A DNA stretch of 64,000 nt from Paragordius varius (taxonomy: Eukaryota > Animalia > Nematomorpha). Both the position numbers and the translations under genes were made by a program. Location: assembly GCA_964247055.1 (NCBI GenBank), contig OZ176058.1, forward strand, positions 2,852,001 to 2,916,000. Reading direction: 5' to 3'. Below are positions 13,601-27,600 of the stretch, one piece after another; position 1 is the stretch's first letter; each line of letters starts with the position of its first letter. Below the pieces are notes generated by a model that was not told the DNA's origin, did no database searches, and saw only the letters and a list, made by a program, of their open reading frames with translations.

Positions 13601-16600
13601 TTTTTATATTGTTCAAAAGCTGAAATCGATTGTCCATTTAATACCAACCGAGGTTCTTTAAAGGTATGAGCCTTTCGTTTTATACGATTATTATTGTTAT
13701 TGGAATCAATAAGATTATTTTTATTAAAGCTTTGAAGTGAATAAGTTTGCCGCATATTATATTGTTCAAGAGTTAGGCTAGGTTGATCATTTAAATCGCC
13801 AATAATGATTCGGAGATAATCGATTCCACAAAAGGGTGGAGTCCCAGAATCACAGATACGGACAGGGTAATCAAACCATTTCATAGGCCATTCCTAATGC
13901 AAAAAAAAAGTAAAAAGAAAGAATATTGGTTAAAATTTGTAATTAAATTGGTGAATTAATAATAAAAAAAATGTAAAAATTTAAAGCGTAAAAAGAAAGA
14001 ATATTGGTTAAAATGGTGTTAAATAGAAAGAAAAATGTAAAAATTTAAAGCGTGAAAAGAAAAAAATATTGGTTAAAATGGTGTTTTAATTGGTAAAAAG
14101 AAAAGAATGAAAAAATTTAAAGCATGAAAAGTAAAAAAAAATGGTTAAAATGGCCTTAAATTTGGTGGATAGAAATAATAGTATATTGAAAAGAGAAATA
14201 TTTTAATTGTTGACTAGTTTAAAGTAATATAGAGATAGAATATTGGTTAAAATAGTGTTGAAACGAAAGAAAAATGTAAAATTTGAAACATAAGAAGAAA
14301 AAGAATTGGTTAAAATGGCCTTAAATATGGTGGATAGAAATAATAGTATATTGAAAGAAAAAAATTTTATTTGGATTTGAGTAGAAAGCGATTTGGATAG
14401 AATATAACTTTTTGTTTTTTATAACTTAAGTAAAATCGTAAAGATGTAGAGAAAAGAATGAATATTTGATAAGAAATAATAATTTCCTATTTTGGTTTTA
14501 TGCTTAAAACATAAAAAAGTGTAGTAAAGAAAAATTGTTATAATTGATTTTATAATGATTAGATTAAGGAATATTGGTTTCATTGATTAGATCAAAGCGT
14601 AAAAATTAAGAGAATTAATATTGGTTATTTATTTTTATTATTTTTTATTCCTTATGTTAGAACATAAAAAGTTAAGAAAAAAATATTGGTTAAAATGATG
14701 TTTTAATTGGTGGATAGAAAAATCAACTTATAAAAAGTGTTATTTTTTCGCTTTTACTATTAAAAAAGAATATTTGTAATGTTTTTAATAAGTTGCAAAG
14801 AAAATTATTGGTTAAAAAATGCTGTTTTAATTGGTTTGATTAAGTAAGAATATTAGTTAAAATGACATTTTAACCAATGAATGGAATTTTTTTGGTTAAA
14901 AGGCTGTATTATATAGACATATAGGTTAAAAGGGTGTTTTAATTGTTCATTAAGAAAGAATATTGGCTAAAATTGTAGAATAATCAGTGATGTAGGAAAG
15001 AATATTGATTTGGTGTTTTAAATTTTGGTTAGGTTAAAAAGTAGATGTATAAAGAAATTATTGGTTAAAAGTGTTTTTAATTGGCTTAAAAAGAACCCGC
15101 ATAAAATGGAAAATTAACTACTATTTTTTCAACTTCTAAACGAAAAATATGTTTTTTTTGGCTCAAATAAAAAATAAAATAGTTAAATATATATTATAAA
15201 GTATCGTATGGTTTGTTTTAATACCCAAAACTATTAAATTAAAAGGTCTTTAAATAACACATATAGAATGAAATTATGTTGAAGGTAAATTTTTTCCGTT
15301 TTTATTGGAAAACAATTGCATTGTAAAATAAATTTTAAAGAATACTTGGATTAAAAGAATTCTTTAAATGGTCTTTACATTTCTTTTATTTTATTTAATT
15401 ATTTTATTAAAAACTAATATATATATATATATAAATAAATAAAATTAATTAATAAATTATTTTTCCTTACATTCGATTCTCTATCAATCGCCCTTATAAG
15501 GGTTATCATAGCAGATCCATTTTTATTTGGCCCAGAATCTAAAAAAATATGTTATTATATACAAGATTTTAAAATACTCTGTAAGCTAAAAAATTATAAA
15601 ATTATCTATGTTTGTATAATAAAACTATATAACTTTACAAAATATATTTCAATTCAAAAAATATCCCGACATGCATAATTATTAACTTGAATTTTTAAAC
15701 TAAGAATAGGTATCACGTTAAAGTACATACAAAGCGGATGATGGAATGCCATAAAATTTAAATAGGGGGGGGGGGGGGGGGGGGCTTAATTTTTTTTAAA
15801 AAAACCAACAAAAACTAATTTTGAAAAATTCAACGTTATATTACTCAAATGAATTTAAAAAATTAATCAAAATCCATAAAATAAACCATAATTTAAATTC
15901 CAAATAAAAATTTAAAATAAAATCCACAAAGAACCGCAAAATATCAAATATAGATTATCGTAGATAAAAAAAACCTAAAATACAAAAATATTTCAACATT
16001 TCAATCGCAAAAAAATAAAATTTTTTTTAATGTGTCAATTTTAATCAATTTAAAATTTAAACAAACCTTGAATATGCGTCACATTAAAGTACATACAAAG
16101 CGGGTTGGCATCACAAGGCACGCCATAAAATTTAAAGGGGGGACCATGTCCAGCCACGCCCTCATTATCGGGATCTTGGGCCGTGAAAAGGCCAATGACC
16201 CTGCTGACTACAGATGATTGAGATGAAGTTGCCATGGTAACCGTTTCCATGGCAACTGGGAATTCTGGAATAACAACAGCTGATGGTGATTGCCATGGCA
16301 ATGACGATGATTCATTTATGAAAAAAGATGGAGAGTTGATATTATTAGACTCTACGCTAGTTGACCATGATGGTTTATCTTTGCTAAACAAATTACAATA
16401 AGATAGTTAGAAAGTATTAAAATATAGATATTTTCTATTTAAGTATCCAAAATTAGATATCATAATCTCAAAAATATGAATTATTGAAAATTAAATCAAA
16501 AACATATTAATCAAACACTTAAAATGTTTATTTTATTTGTATATTTGACAATGGTCATTTAACTTTTCTAATCATAATATGTGAAAAATTATTAAAAGAA

Positions 16601-19600
16601 TTGTGTATCTATATATATAATTTTTGATAGACTTATTAATTTCTTATATATAATTACAAAATCTAATTTAAAAACTTACACATAAAAGTAAGCCATATTA
16701 ATTTGAAATCGTGGGTAATTATCATTAATGTCAACCACATCAATTCTCAGCTGAGCGCGACCGGATAAAGATGGCGCACCGCGGTCACGTGCTCTTACAG
16801 TTATAACGACGATATCAGCTGTTTCATAATCCAACTGACCACCGTTCAAAAACACATGACCGGTGGAGTTTATTGTGGCGCTGACGAGGGGTGGATTTAT
16901 GCGTTCAATGGTATAACTGTTAAATAAGATCATATATAATAAAAAATTAATCATAGATTTTTAATATGTTTTGTAATTTTTTGATATAATAAACGTTTTA
17001 TTATTTTTTCCTAAAATAAGATAACCTTTATATGCAGATGATTAATCAATTTATTTTTACCTAAAAAAATATATTATTTATAAAATCAAATTAAAAATTT
17101 AATATAACACAAACTCTAACAATTTTAAATCCAAAACTTAAAATAACTAAAAACCAAAACGTTTAAAAATTCTCTTATATATCCAAAATCTATGAATTTA
17201 AAATCCAAATTTTTTATAAATCTTACTCAAATTCCCCATTAATTCCACTATCAGCATCCCGTGCTTCAAGCCGGTTCAAATATATCGGAAACGTTGTCAG
17301 CTGATTAACAACAGCTGATGTTGGCATGGCGATTCTATTTTGATCGCTTTGTAAAGGGGTATACAGTTCAGGCAAGGCCATGCGTATGAGTGCAGGTGTG
17401 AAAGATGGCGCATTATCGTTAGCATCTGTTATGTTAACAAGAACGAGGGCGGAATCACGAAAGAGGCCATCCGTTACTTCAATCAAGAGGAGAGCTAGTC
17501 GGAAACTAGGTATTTAGGAATAAAATTGAAAAAAATTAATATTTTAAAGAAAATAATTTATAAATATTTTATAAAATTTATAAGTATTAAATAAAATTTT
17601 AAACAAAAAATAAAAAGAAATATAAAAATTGTAAATTTTTGAAAAATTGATTACGTATTTTTAATTTTATGCTAAATATAAATACTTTTATAATATATTT
17701 AACTATCTTGATTTTCAATATAATTCATTGTTTTAAATGGTAAAGTGTGAAATAGAGATATATCACTTTCATACATAAGTTAGTTTAAATTTAGGCTAAT
17801 TTTTTTATAATATATATAACTTAACAAAAGTAATTTTTCATAAATCAATATTTTTCAAAGAAAGAAATAAATTTTGTTAACCCATCTTCAAAATTATCAT
17901 AATCTAAGGTTCTCAGAGCCACAATATCCCCGCCATTTCCATTATTATTTAGCAGATTATTTGAGTTTAAATTAGAATTTTCCAGCAGAGAATTCTGAGG
18001 AGAATTATTAAGCATCTCGATCAGCTGATGCGTATTGGTTTGACTGGCAATGCCGAAATATCGCAATTTATTGCGATTATTTGAAGCGGTACTTAAGGGA
18101 AAATTAAATAATTTTTGTAAAATTCTGAAAATTATAGATAATATATATATATATATATATGGTATGCATTTTAATGGCTCATTTCACACTAGTAGGGCAA
18201 TATTCAACATTTTTTTGTTTTTTCCATACACTATTGGATTGTTGCAAACTGCTTTACTATAGTGTGAAATAAGCAACCATAAAAATTATATTTTATACTT
18301 AAAATATAAAAACTAGTAAATTTTGTCAAAGTTGTAAAAATTTTTGCCAAATCTTAATATAATAATACCATATATTTTGATAATTTAATTATCGATTAAC
18401 TTTATTAATTTAATTATAATGAAAATATATTATAATTGTAGTGATAAATTCCTTCGAAAAATATTCAATTTAGAAACATAATTTGACCACTTTTAAAATT
18501 GAGTTTAATCAGGCAAATTTTTAAAAAACTACGTATAACAAAAAATAAATTGAGATAATTATTATAAAAATCCAAATATAATATTATTTAAATTAATTTA
18601 AATATAAACCCGAATTTTAAAAAAAAATTGATAAAAACCTCAAAAAACTGGAGAGTAAACCCGCTGCCAGCAGCTTAGCTTCAATATCAATCAGCTGATT
18701 TTTATTTTCCATATAGGATGTAGTAGTGCTTGAAGTTTCTTGCTGCAAAACCATAGAAATAAAGCTGGCTTCTGGGCTCATGGACCATTCTTCGTTTGTT
18801 TTATAGGTCTGTGGAGGAAAAATAAAATAATATATTAGAGAAATTAAAAAACTAATTTTATAGTAAATTTTAAAACTATATATTGTTTATACCTTATCGG
18901 TTTTTTGTTTTAAAAATCAATTATATACTCTTCTCATTTTGGGCGTGTGAACTAATTGAATACATATACATCAATAAAGCACCTAAACTAAAACATCTTT
19001 TTATACAAAATTTAACAACCGCTTTTGCAGGACATCAGCTGTTTTAATTTTTTCACCATTCAAAACAATCTTAACATAGGCTTATGCAAAAACAAACGTT
19101 TATAGCGCAACTTTTTATTTCCAAATATACCATTTACAATTCAAATTCACCCTTAAACAATTCAAATTCACCTTTGAACAATTCAAATTCACCCTTGAAC
19201 AATTCAAATTCACCCTCAAACAATTCAAATTCACCCTCAAATAAAATATATGTTTTTAGATTAAAAATTACCGATATTTTTATATATTTTTAAAAAATAA
19301 AAAATTTTGTTTTAAATTAAAATAATACTGAAAAAATAATAAACTATGCCATAAAATCATATTTCTTATTAATAATAAGTTATTTTAGTTTGAAAACACT
19401 TAATTTATTTTTAGGGTGAATTTGAATTGTTCAAGGGTGAATTTGAATTGTTCGAGGGTGAATTTGAATTGTTCAAGGGTGAATTTGAATTGTTAAAGGG
19501 TGAATTTGAACTGTAAATGGTATATATATTTATAGGCACTAAAGACGAAAATACATAAAATAAAATCAGCTGTTTTTTTCTGATAAAAATTAATTGTGAC

Positions 19601-22600
19601 TTAAGTGTAAACTAATTTAGTCATTATAGCAAATGCATAATAAAAGTCTAAAGTAAAAAAATTGTCTTTTTTTAGCAATAATACAGTTTTTATATACAAA
19701 AAACAGCTGTTTCATACCGCGAAAAACAAATGTTACTCCCTTAATTAACCGTAAAAACAGGTTTAGCATTATAACCCACGTGCTGGTCATGAGCATAAAC
19801 GCTTAAAACAGCTGTCTAATTAAACTTTTTAAAAATCAAACTTATATCATTTACTTTCCTTTTATGCTTTATTACACTAGCCATTAACCCTATATTTAAA
19901 GAAAAATCTGCTTAGATTGATAAATAATCAAAGGTTTATATTTTCTCTAGACTACTATTTTCGACTAATAAATGAGAAACTTCTGGAATTGTTTACACCT
20001 TACAGCTGTTGTTTAACAAACACTTCAGTATTAATTTTAAAATCATTAGAAATTACTTACATTTATAAAACTTCAATAATCTGTTTTTTTTGCTAAATAG
20101 CTGGTTATTATGAAAAAAGAACCTTTTCTCCCTTCACTGTATAAGCTAATTTAGCATTATCGCCCACGTCACGGTCCTGCGCGTGAACGCTAAAAACAGC
20201 TGTGGCCAGTGGAGACACACTCTCCGAAACAGCTGAGTAATATATTTTAGGGGTCGGGAAAGAGGGCGCTTGATCATTCCTATCCTCCACGTGGATGGTT
20301 ATAAAACCGGTTCCTAAAATAAAAATTTTTAATTAAAAAGAGGTTTTTGATAAAATACGGTTTTTAAATAAACTGTTATTTATTCTAAAATAAAAATTAT
20401 TTTAATTTTTTTGAAAATAAGCTTTTCTGGGAAAACTTTTTGTCTCTAATTTAAGATTTCCATTTTTGTTCCATCTAATTATGTATTTTATAGGATTTGA
20501 AAAAGTTATGCCTCTTAAATTAGGGGAGTTCAATATAAAATCGAACAAAACTTTGCATAAAACCCAAAATTTTTATTTTATAATCTTCAATTTCCAATCT
20601 TTTAAACCCTCTTTCAAATTTTATTCAAAAACTTTTGAAATAAAACTTGTTTATTAATAAAAAACCAGAAAATCCATCCTTATCTCTGGCCTCAACTTCA
20701 ATGGTGTATTTATCAACTGTTTCACGATCTAAATTAGCCACTAACGTAGTTATGTGTCCACTCAAAGGATCAATCGCAAATATAGGCATTTTTTCGGCAT
20801 TTAACACATTGGTTTTTATGCTAAAAAATATAATAATTTATTAATGATTTTGGTATATTTTTAAAAACAATAGATTTAAACAATTTAAAATTTTATATTT
20901 TAAACAATTTGAAATTTGAAATTAATATATATTTTATATTATAGAATAAGTATTTATTTTTTAATAATATATTTATACATTCGCAAACATCGGAAACATT
21001 AGTTTTCATGCTATATATAGTGATTAACCACCATATTTAGTTAATTTTAGAGAAATTTTTCATTTTTATGAAAAATTTAAAACATCTGTTTAATATATTT
21101 GGACATTTAAAATGATTATAACTTTTTTAATTTTTAAAAAACAGCTGTTTTAAAGATTTTTAAGCAATTTTTTTAAAAATGAACTTCAACCTCTTATTTT
21201 TTAAAAAATGAAAATATTTCTTTAGATAATTGTAATTAATCGGTAAATTAAACAAAAACAATGTTTAACACAGCTGTTTTATTCATTTTTAAGTAAAATT
21301 TTTACCTGTAAGTTAGTTTAGCATTTTCACCTTCATCAGCATCTTGAGCCCGAACAGTCATAACGGACCGGCCGGCTTCAGAATTTTCTGGAACGGAACC
21401 ACTAAAATGACCTAAAAAATTGATTTATTTATATTTAAATTATTAATTAAATTAAAAAAAATTATGATCATATAAACATAAATTTATATGCAAATATATT
21501 CCTATAATATCGTTTAAAAAAAAATTAAAATTTTAATTTATAAGTTAAAGCCTTTATCAACTCACCTTTGTTTTTATATGCTTAATATTCACTTGTTTGG
21601 TGCACAAACTTGTACAAAAAAATTAATAGTCCAATAAAACTTTTAAAACTTCTTTTAGAAATTTTCTTCAAAACTTAAATTTCAATATTTCTCACCTCTA
21701 TTTTTAACTTGTGTCATTTATATATGCAATAATATATATATAAATTTATATAAACAGTTAAAATACTTTAAAGTTTTTAATTTAATAAAACAAATATTAT
21801 AAATTCTTTACTTTTTTAACAGAGGCAGTTCATTTCAATATAAAAAAATAACAGCAATAACTATTTAAAACTGATTAACTTTTAAACTCCAAAATTGTAT
21901 CAAATAATAAAATTTAGATAATATTGTAATAATTAAGTTCCAAAAATTTCTCACCTGTATTTTTGAAGACTGGGGCATTATCATTTATATCCTCAAGGAT
22001 TACGCGGACATCGGCATACCCATAATTACCTCGACCCCCTTCATCAGTAGCCAAGGCTAACAAAGACCAAACCTTTTTAGGTTAAAAAAATTATTTTACA
22101 TAAAAATTAAAATTATAAGGACAAAACGTTAAGATATAAGACAAATTTATTTTTAATACATACTTTCATAAACCTTAATTCTTCTCTTTAAACATAAGAT
22201 TAAGTTTTCCATTCACATCTATTTTATACTTTGCATTGTGTTTTAAGTTATATTAGCAAAAAACCAAGATTTTTAAAAGTATGGTTGTCTTTTAGATAAA
22301 TATATTTTTTATATTGTTACATTTTTTGGTACAAAATCAATTTTTACTAAAACTTTTATTTTAAAAATTATAAAAAAAATATATTATTTATTAATAAATT
22401 ATATGTTAATATAATATTTATAAATATAAATTTTAGAGTTTATATATATATACATATAATTAAATATACTAAACACTTTGTTATAAGATAAAAAATATAT
22501 TTTTAAAATATAAAAATTTTAAACGAGTCAATAAAATAATTTCAACTCGTTTCAATATAACAAATTTTAATATGTAAACTGGTCCATTTAAAGATTAAAA

Positions 22601-24609
22601 TAAACCTCAGGCATTAAAATAAAAAATGAATAAAAAAAACTAAGTATATCACAGCATATAATTCTCTATTTCAATCTTAAAACAAAAAAAAATAAAAAAA
22701 CCGGTTGTCCATGGGGTGGATCTCTATCTAATTTTCTATGAATAGCAATTTCCCCTGTCATTTCATCGATTGTGAATGTTTTATCATCGACTCCCTGTCC
22801 CTGAAGACTGAATCGAATATCAGCTGGTAGCGCGGTATCTCGATCAGTTGCTCTCAGCTAAAAGGGGGGCGGTTTATAATTAATTGGTTATATTATATGT
22901 TTTGTAATTTTACATGATTAAGATAAAATTAAATTGCAGGTAATCTTTTCCCCATCGCCATTATACTTTTAATATTATTGGTCAAAAATTATATTTGAAA
23001 AATCAAACATTTATTAAAATAAAAAATGCTCAAATGAAAACTTTGATGAATAAATCTTAAAATCTTGATCATAATTAGAAAAATTATTTATTCCTCAATT
23101 ATGAAGGAGAGACCGCTAATTTCAGACCTGTTTCTAGCCATCAGCTGGTTGGAGATCAGCCGCTTAAGCCAAAAATTTAATTTTATTACCCAAGAAATTA
23201 GGATCAAATCAGAATATTTCTTAAATTTTTTCAATTTTTCTCAAGTATAATACCGCTGTTTTTCGCCATTTAGTTTTCATAAGCCATCAGTTGAGAATAC
23301 TGACTCGTATAATACATAATAAATTATTACTTATAATCTTTAGTTTAAAACGAGTTTTTCCTTAAGTATTATGTGAGAAAGACCACTAATTTTATCTCCA
23401 TTTCCATTTAGATTTTGACTCTTATCAGCTGATTGGTGATCAGCTGACAAGAAAAAAAATTTGAAACTTATGAAACTACAATAAACGCAACTCATTACTT
23501 AAGTAACAATTTAATTTTTATTTCCAAAGTCGTCTACCTTAAGTATTATGTGAGGTAGACCACTAATTTTATCTCCATTTGAATCCAATTTTTGAATGCC
23601 ATCAGCTGATTGGCGATCAGCTGCTGAAAAGAATTCCGTTTCTTCCGGGATCCGAACCTCATAAAGTGTCGAATCGAATTCGGGGGCATTATCATTCACA
23701 TCTTTAACATTTATGCTAACAAGTGTGCTATTCTCATTACGACCATCTGTAACCAGCACTTTAAGGATGTATTGCTAAATATAATTTAAAATATAAAATA
23801 AAATAAGTTAAAAAAATTGGTTAAATTCAATTATAAATATTTATAATACATAAAATATTATATATATAATTTTAATTAAATTTTTTGGAATTTCAATTAT
23901 TATTACGAACATGTTACCAGAACTTTAAGCATGTATGGCTAAATTAAATTTAAAATATAATAAGTTAAAACAAATAAAATTCTTTCATTTATTAAACATA
24001 AATCTTTTAAAAAAAAAATTGGAATTTCTATTTTTACTACGACCATGTTAACAGGATTTTAAATATGTATTAAACATTGATATATAAAATAATTTGAAAA
24101 TTTAATTAAAAGTTTACATTAATAAAAAAGTTATTTTCATTGAAACCATCTGTTAATCAGATTTTCAGAATGTATTGCTAGGAAAATAAATATTTTTTAG
24201 ATTAATTTTAGTAATAAATTGTTAAAAACAATATTTTTTTTAAAAAAAAGCAAGTTTAAAACGTACAAGGGATTAAATTTTGTATCTTTATGTTTTTAGT
24301 TTTTGTCTCTAAAATTATATTTCAAGCATGTAATTTAATTTTTTTATAAGATTTGAATAATTTTGATTCAAAAATTTTTTTAAAATTCTTACCCTAGGAC
24401 CCAATTCATAATCCAATTTTCCTCGCACATAAATTTGTCCAATGCTCGGTTTTATATCAAAAACGCCCCCCACGTTTCCAGATAAAATTTGGTATCTAAA
24501 AGGCAAATATTTCAAATTAAAATTGAAAAATATTTTTTCATTAAAAATATATATTTTAAAATTTCATATAAATATTTCAACATAATAAAAACTAAAGTTA
24601 TTGATATAT

Positions 24610-24640
<31 letters not shown>

Positions 24641-27600
24641 TTATTTAAGTATATTTTCCAAAATTTAATTTTAAATTGTTAACAAATTTTTAATAATTAT
24701 TAAATTTTATTAATAAAAAATTTTAAAAAAATTTCGTATTATAAAGATTTTTAAAAAGCTCCAAAACAATTGATAAAAAAATTTGATATTGCAAAAATAT
24801 TTATAATATTGATGGGAAAGAAAAAAACTTTTATTAAGAATATATATATATATATATATATATATGTTAGGAAATTAAAAAAGAATATTAATAAAAATAC
24901 AAAAAATATTTTACAAATTTATTTTTTAAAAAAATTTAAAAAAACCTTAATTGTGTGCTAGTTTCATCGGCATCTTTGGCGCTAACTTCAATTACTGGGC
25001 TATCTAAATAAAAAATTAAATTAATTTTTAGTATTAATAAAAAAAAATTTAAAATAAAATATAATTCAAAATTAATTTATACACGTAATTAAAAAGCTTT
25101 TTAAAAAAATTCTACATTCTTAATCATAAAATTTAGTATTTTTTCATTCTCAAAATCGTCGAATTATTCATAACTTTAAAAATTGAAATGCAAAAATTAA
25201 AAATATATATTTTATAAATACCAATCAATTAATTAATTTTCGAAATATTTAATAATCACGGTTATCAGAACGAAAAAATATTAATAAAAAATTAAAATAT
25301 ACAAATATAACAAAATAGGAATTTATTAAATTATTAAAATCAAAAAAATACTATAAAATAAATATAAAATTAAATTTAAAAATCACTAAAAATTAATATA
25401 AATATAAAATAATTATTTATTAATATTATCAAAAAATTAAATATACCCAAAAAATACTAAAAATAAATATGGATATAATTTAATTTTATCAAAAAAATAA
25501 ATTCAAAAAAAATACTATATATAAATTTTAATATAAAATAATTATTTGAATTTAATTATTTATTAATATTTTTTCAAAAATAAATAACTTTCTCTGGCAT
25601 CCTCATTAACATGGGCAATATAATACGGTTCCAAAAAATAAGGCACATTATCATTCACATCCTCCACTTTAATTCGTACATAGGTGGAACCTTTTTTTGT
25701 AAAAAATAAAATATTATTTTCTTTGAAATTAATTTTTTATTAACACTTGGATACAACACATTCATTTTAGTCCTTCGATTCAAATTGGGGTAGTTAAATA
25801 CCCCAGGCCTGCTTAAAATTTAATTCTTTAAAAAATATGGAAGGAATCGGAGCCATGGTAAAATTTTGCACTTATATATCATAAATACACCGAAATATAT
25901 AAAAAAATTTATTCAAAAATACTTAATATTACTTATTTTAAGCTAAAACCGAAAGGTAAAAATTTAGTCTACGTGACATGCGTGCAATGATAAAATTACA
26001 AATGTTAAATGTAATTTAAATAAAAAAAATTAGCCTTAGTTTTACCCTTAAAATTAAAGGTGGACCATATTTTAATTTTATAAAATAAAAATGGCGTCGA
26101 AGTAGTTTGACATGAAACATTTTTTTTCAAAACAAAATTTTATATAGATATTTTGCCATATTTATATAATTTTTATTAGGATAGAAGCATAAATTTAAAT
26201 TGTAACCGTTTCCTTCAGGAGCTTTTTAAAAATCCTAACTCAAATTTAGTCTGGGGTATTTACATACCCCAATTTGAGTCGAAGTGTTAAAAACATAAAT
26301 TAATTAATATAATTAAATCTATAGCTATGTTGTTGCGGAATTTTGAAAACATTTTGAATTAAATGTCAAAATTCTTAAAACTTCGAAATTTTAAAATTCA
26401 CGCAAAATTTTATTTTAAACTTCATAGATTTAAAAATTAACCATATGGACTTTATGTTAAAAAATGGGCTAATATTACTGGACATTTCAATATTTTTTGA
26501 AAAAACATATTTTACTAATCCATAAATATTTTTATTAACTATCAATAATCTCAATTTCAGATGTTATGATTTTTTAATTTAATTTTAATAATTTTTTGCA
26601 AAAAAAACTGAATTTGGCGATCATGAGGTAATATCACTGGACATTACATCATCATTTTTAAAAGTAAATACATTTAAGACTTTTTGAAAAATATTTTTTA
26701 AAAAGATAATTAAACTAAAAAAATAATTATTTCTAAATAATTTTCATAATTTGTAAAAAAAACTTAATAATTCGGTTATCCAATAGTTATACATCTGGCA
26801 TTTCATCCTAAATTTTTTAACTCTCTCAAAAAAATAAAAAAAAGGCGAAAATTCTTAAAACATCAAAAACTTTAAATTCATTTTTTCTCGAATTCCTCAA
26901 AAAATCTTAATTCCAAAAACAAACCGTAATTCGCGATTCTAGTGTTATATCAGTAGAAAATCTATCTTATCAATATATTAATATCAGTTTCATAACAATT
27001 ATATTAAAAAAAACTTAAACCCCAAAAATAATTTATATTTAGTATAATAAAACCCGAATTCCAAAATCCTGGGGTATTTCACCAGACATGCCAATTTTTT
27101 TAGAAAAAAATAAGCTCCCATAAATATTTTATACAGCAGAATTTCAATACTTTTAAAAATTTTTAATATTCAATTTTTAAATTCTAAAGATTTTTAAAAT
27201 TTTCAAAAATTTCAAAACTAAACAGAATTAGGCGATCCTGGTATATCCCTAAACATTTAGATTTAAAAATACTTTATAACCGAAAAAATTTAATTTTAAA
27301 AATTAATAATAATAAAACATATGATATCACAAATTCATATGTTTATTAAGAAAAATCTCAAGCTTAACATATTTTTTTCCCAAAAATCTCAGAAAAAACT
27401 AACCAGAATTTGGACATGGTATTATATCTTTATGAATATTTAAACACCGAAAAAATTTAATTTTAAAAAATGAATACTAATAAAACATATGCTATCACAA
27501 ATTCATATGTTTATTAAGAAAAATCTCAAACTTAACATTTTTTTCCCAAAAATCTCAAAAAACTAACCAGAATTAGGAGATCCTGGTATTATATTTATAA

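Noticed and set aside
18880-19085. Possible extra exons in intron 31
   Set aside because: Candidate frames hit stops, there is no cadherin similarity, and exons 31 and 32 already join in phase.
19084-19293. ORF with NNSNSPL repeats
   Set aside because: Translation of the MITE family A left arm.
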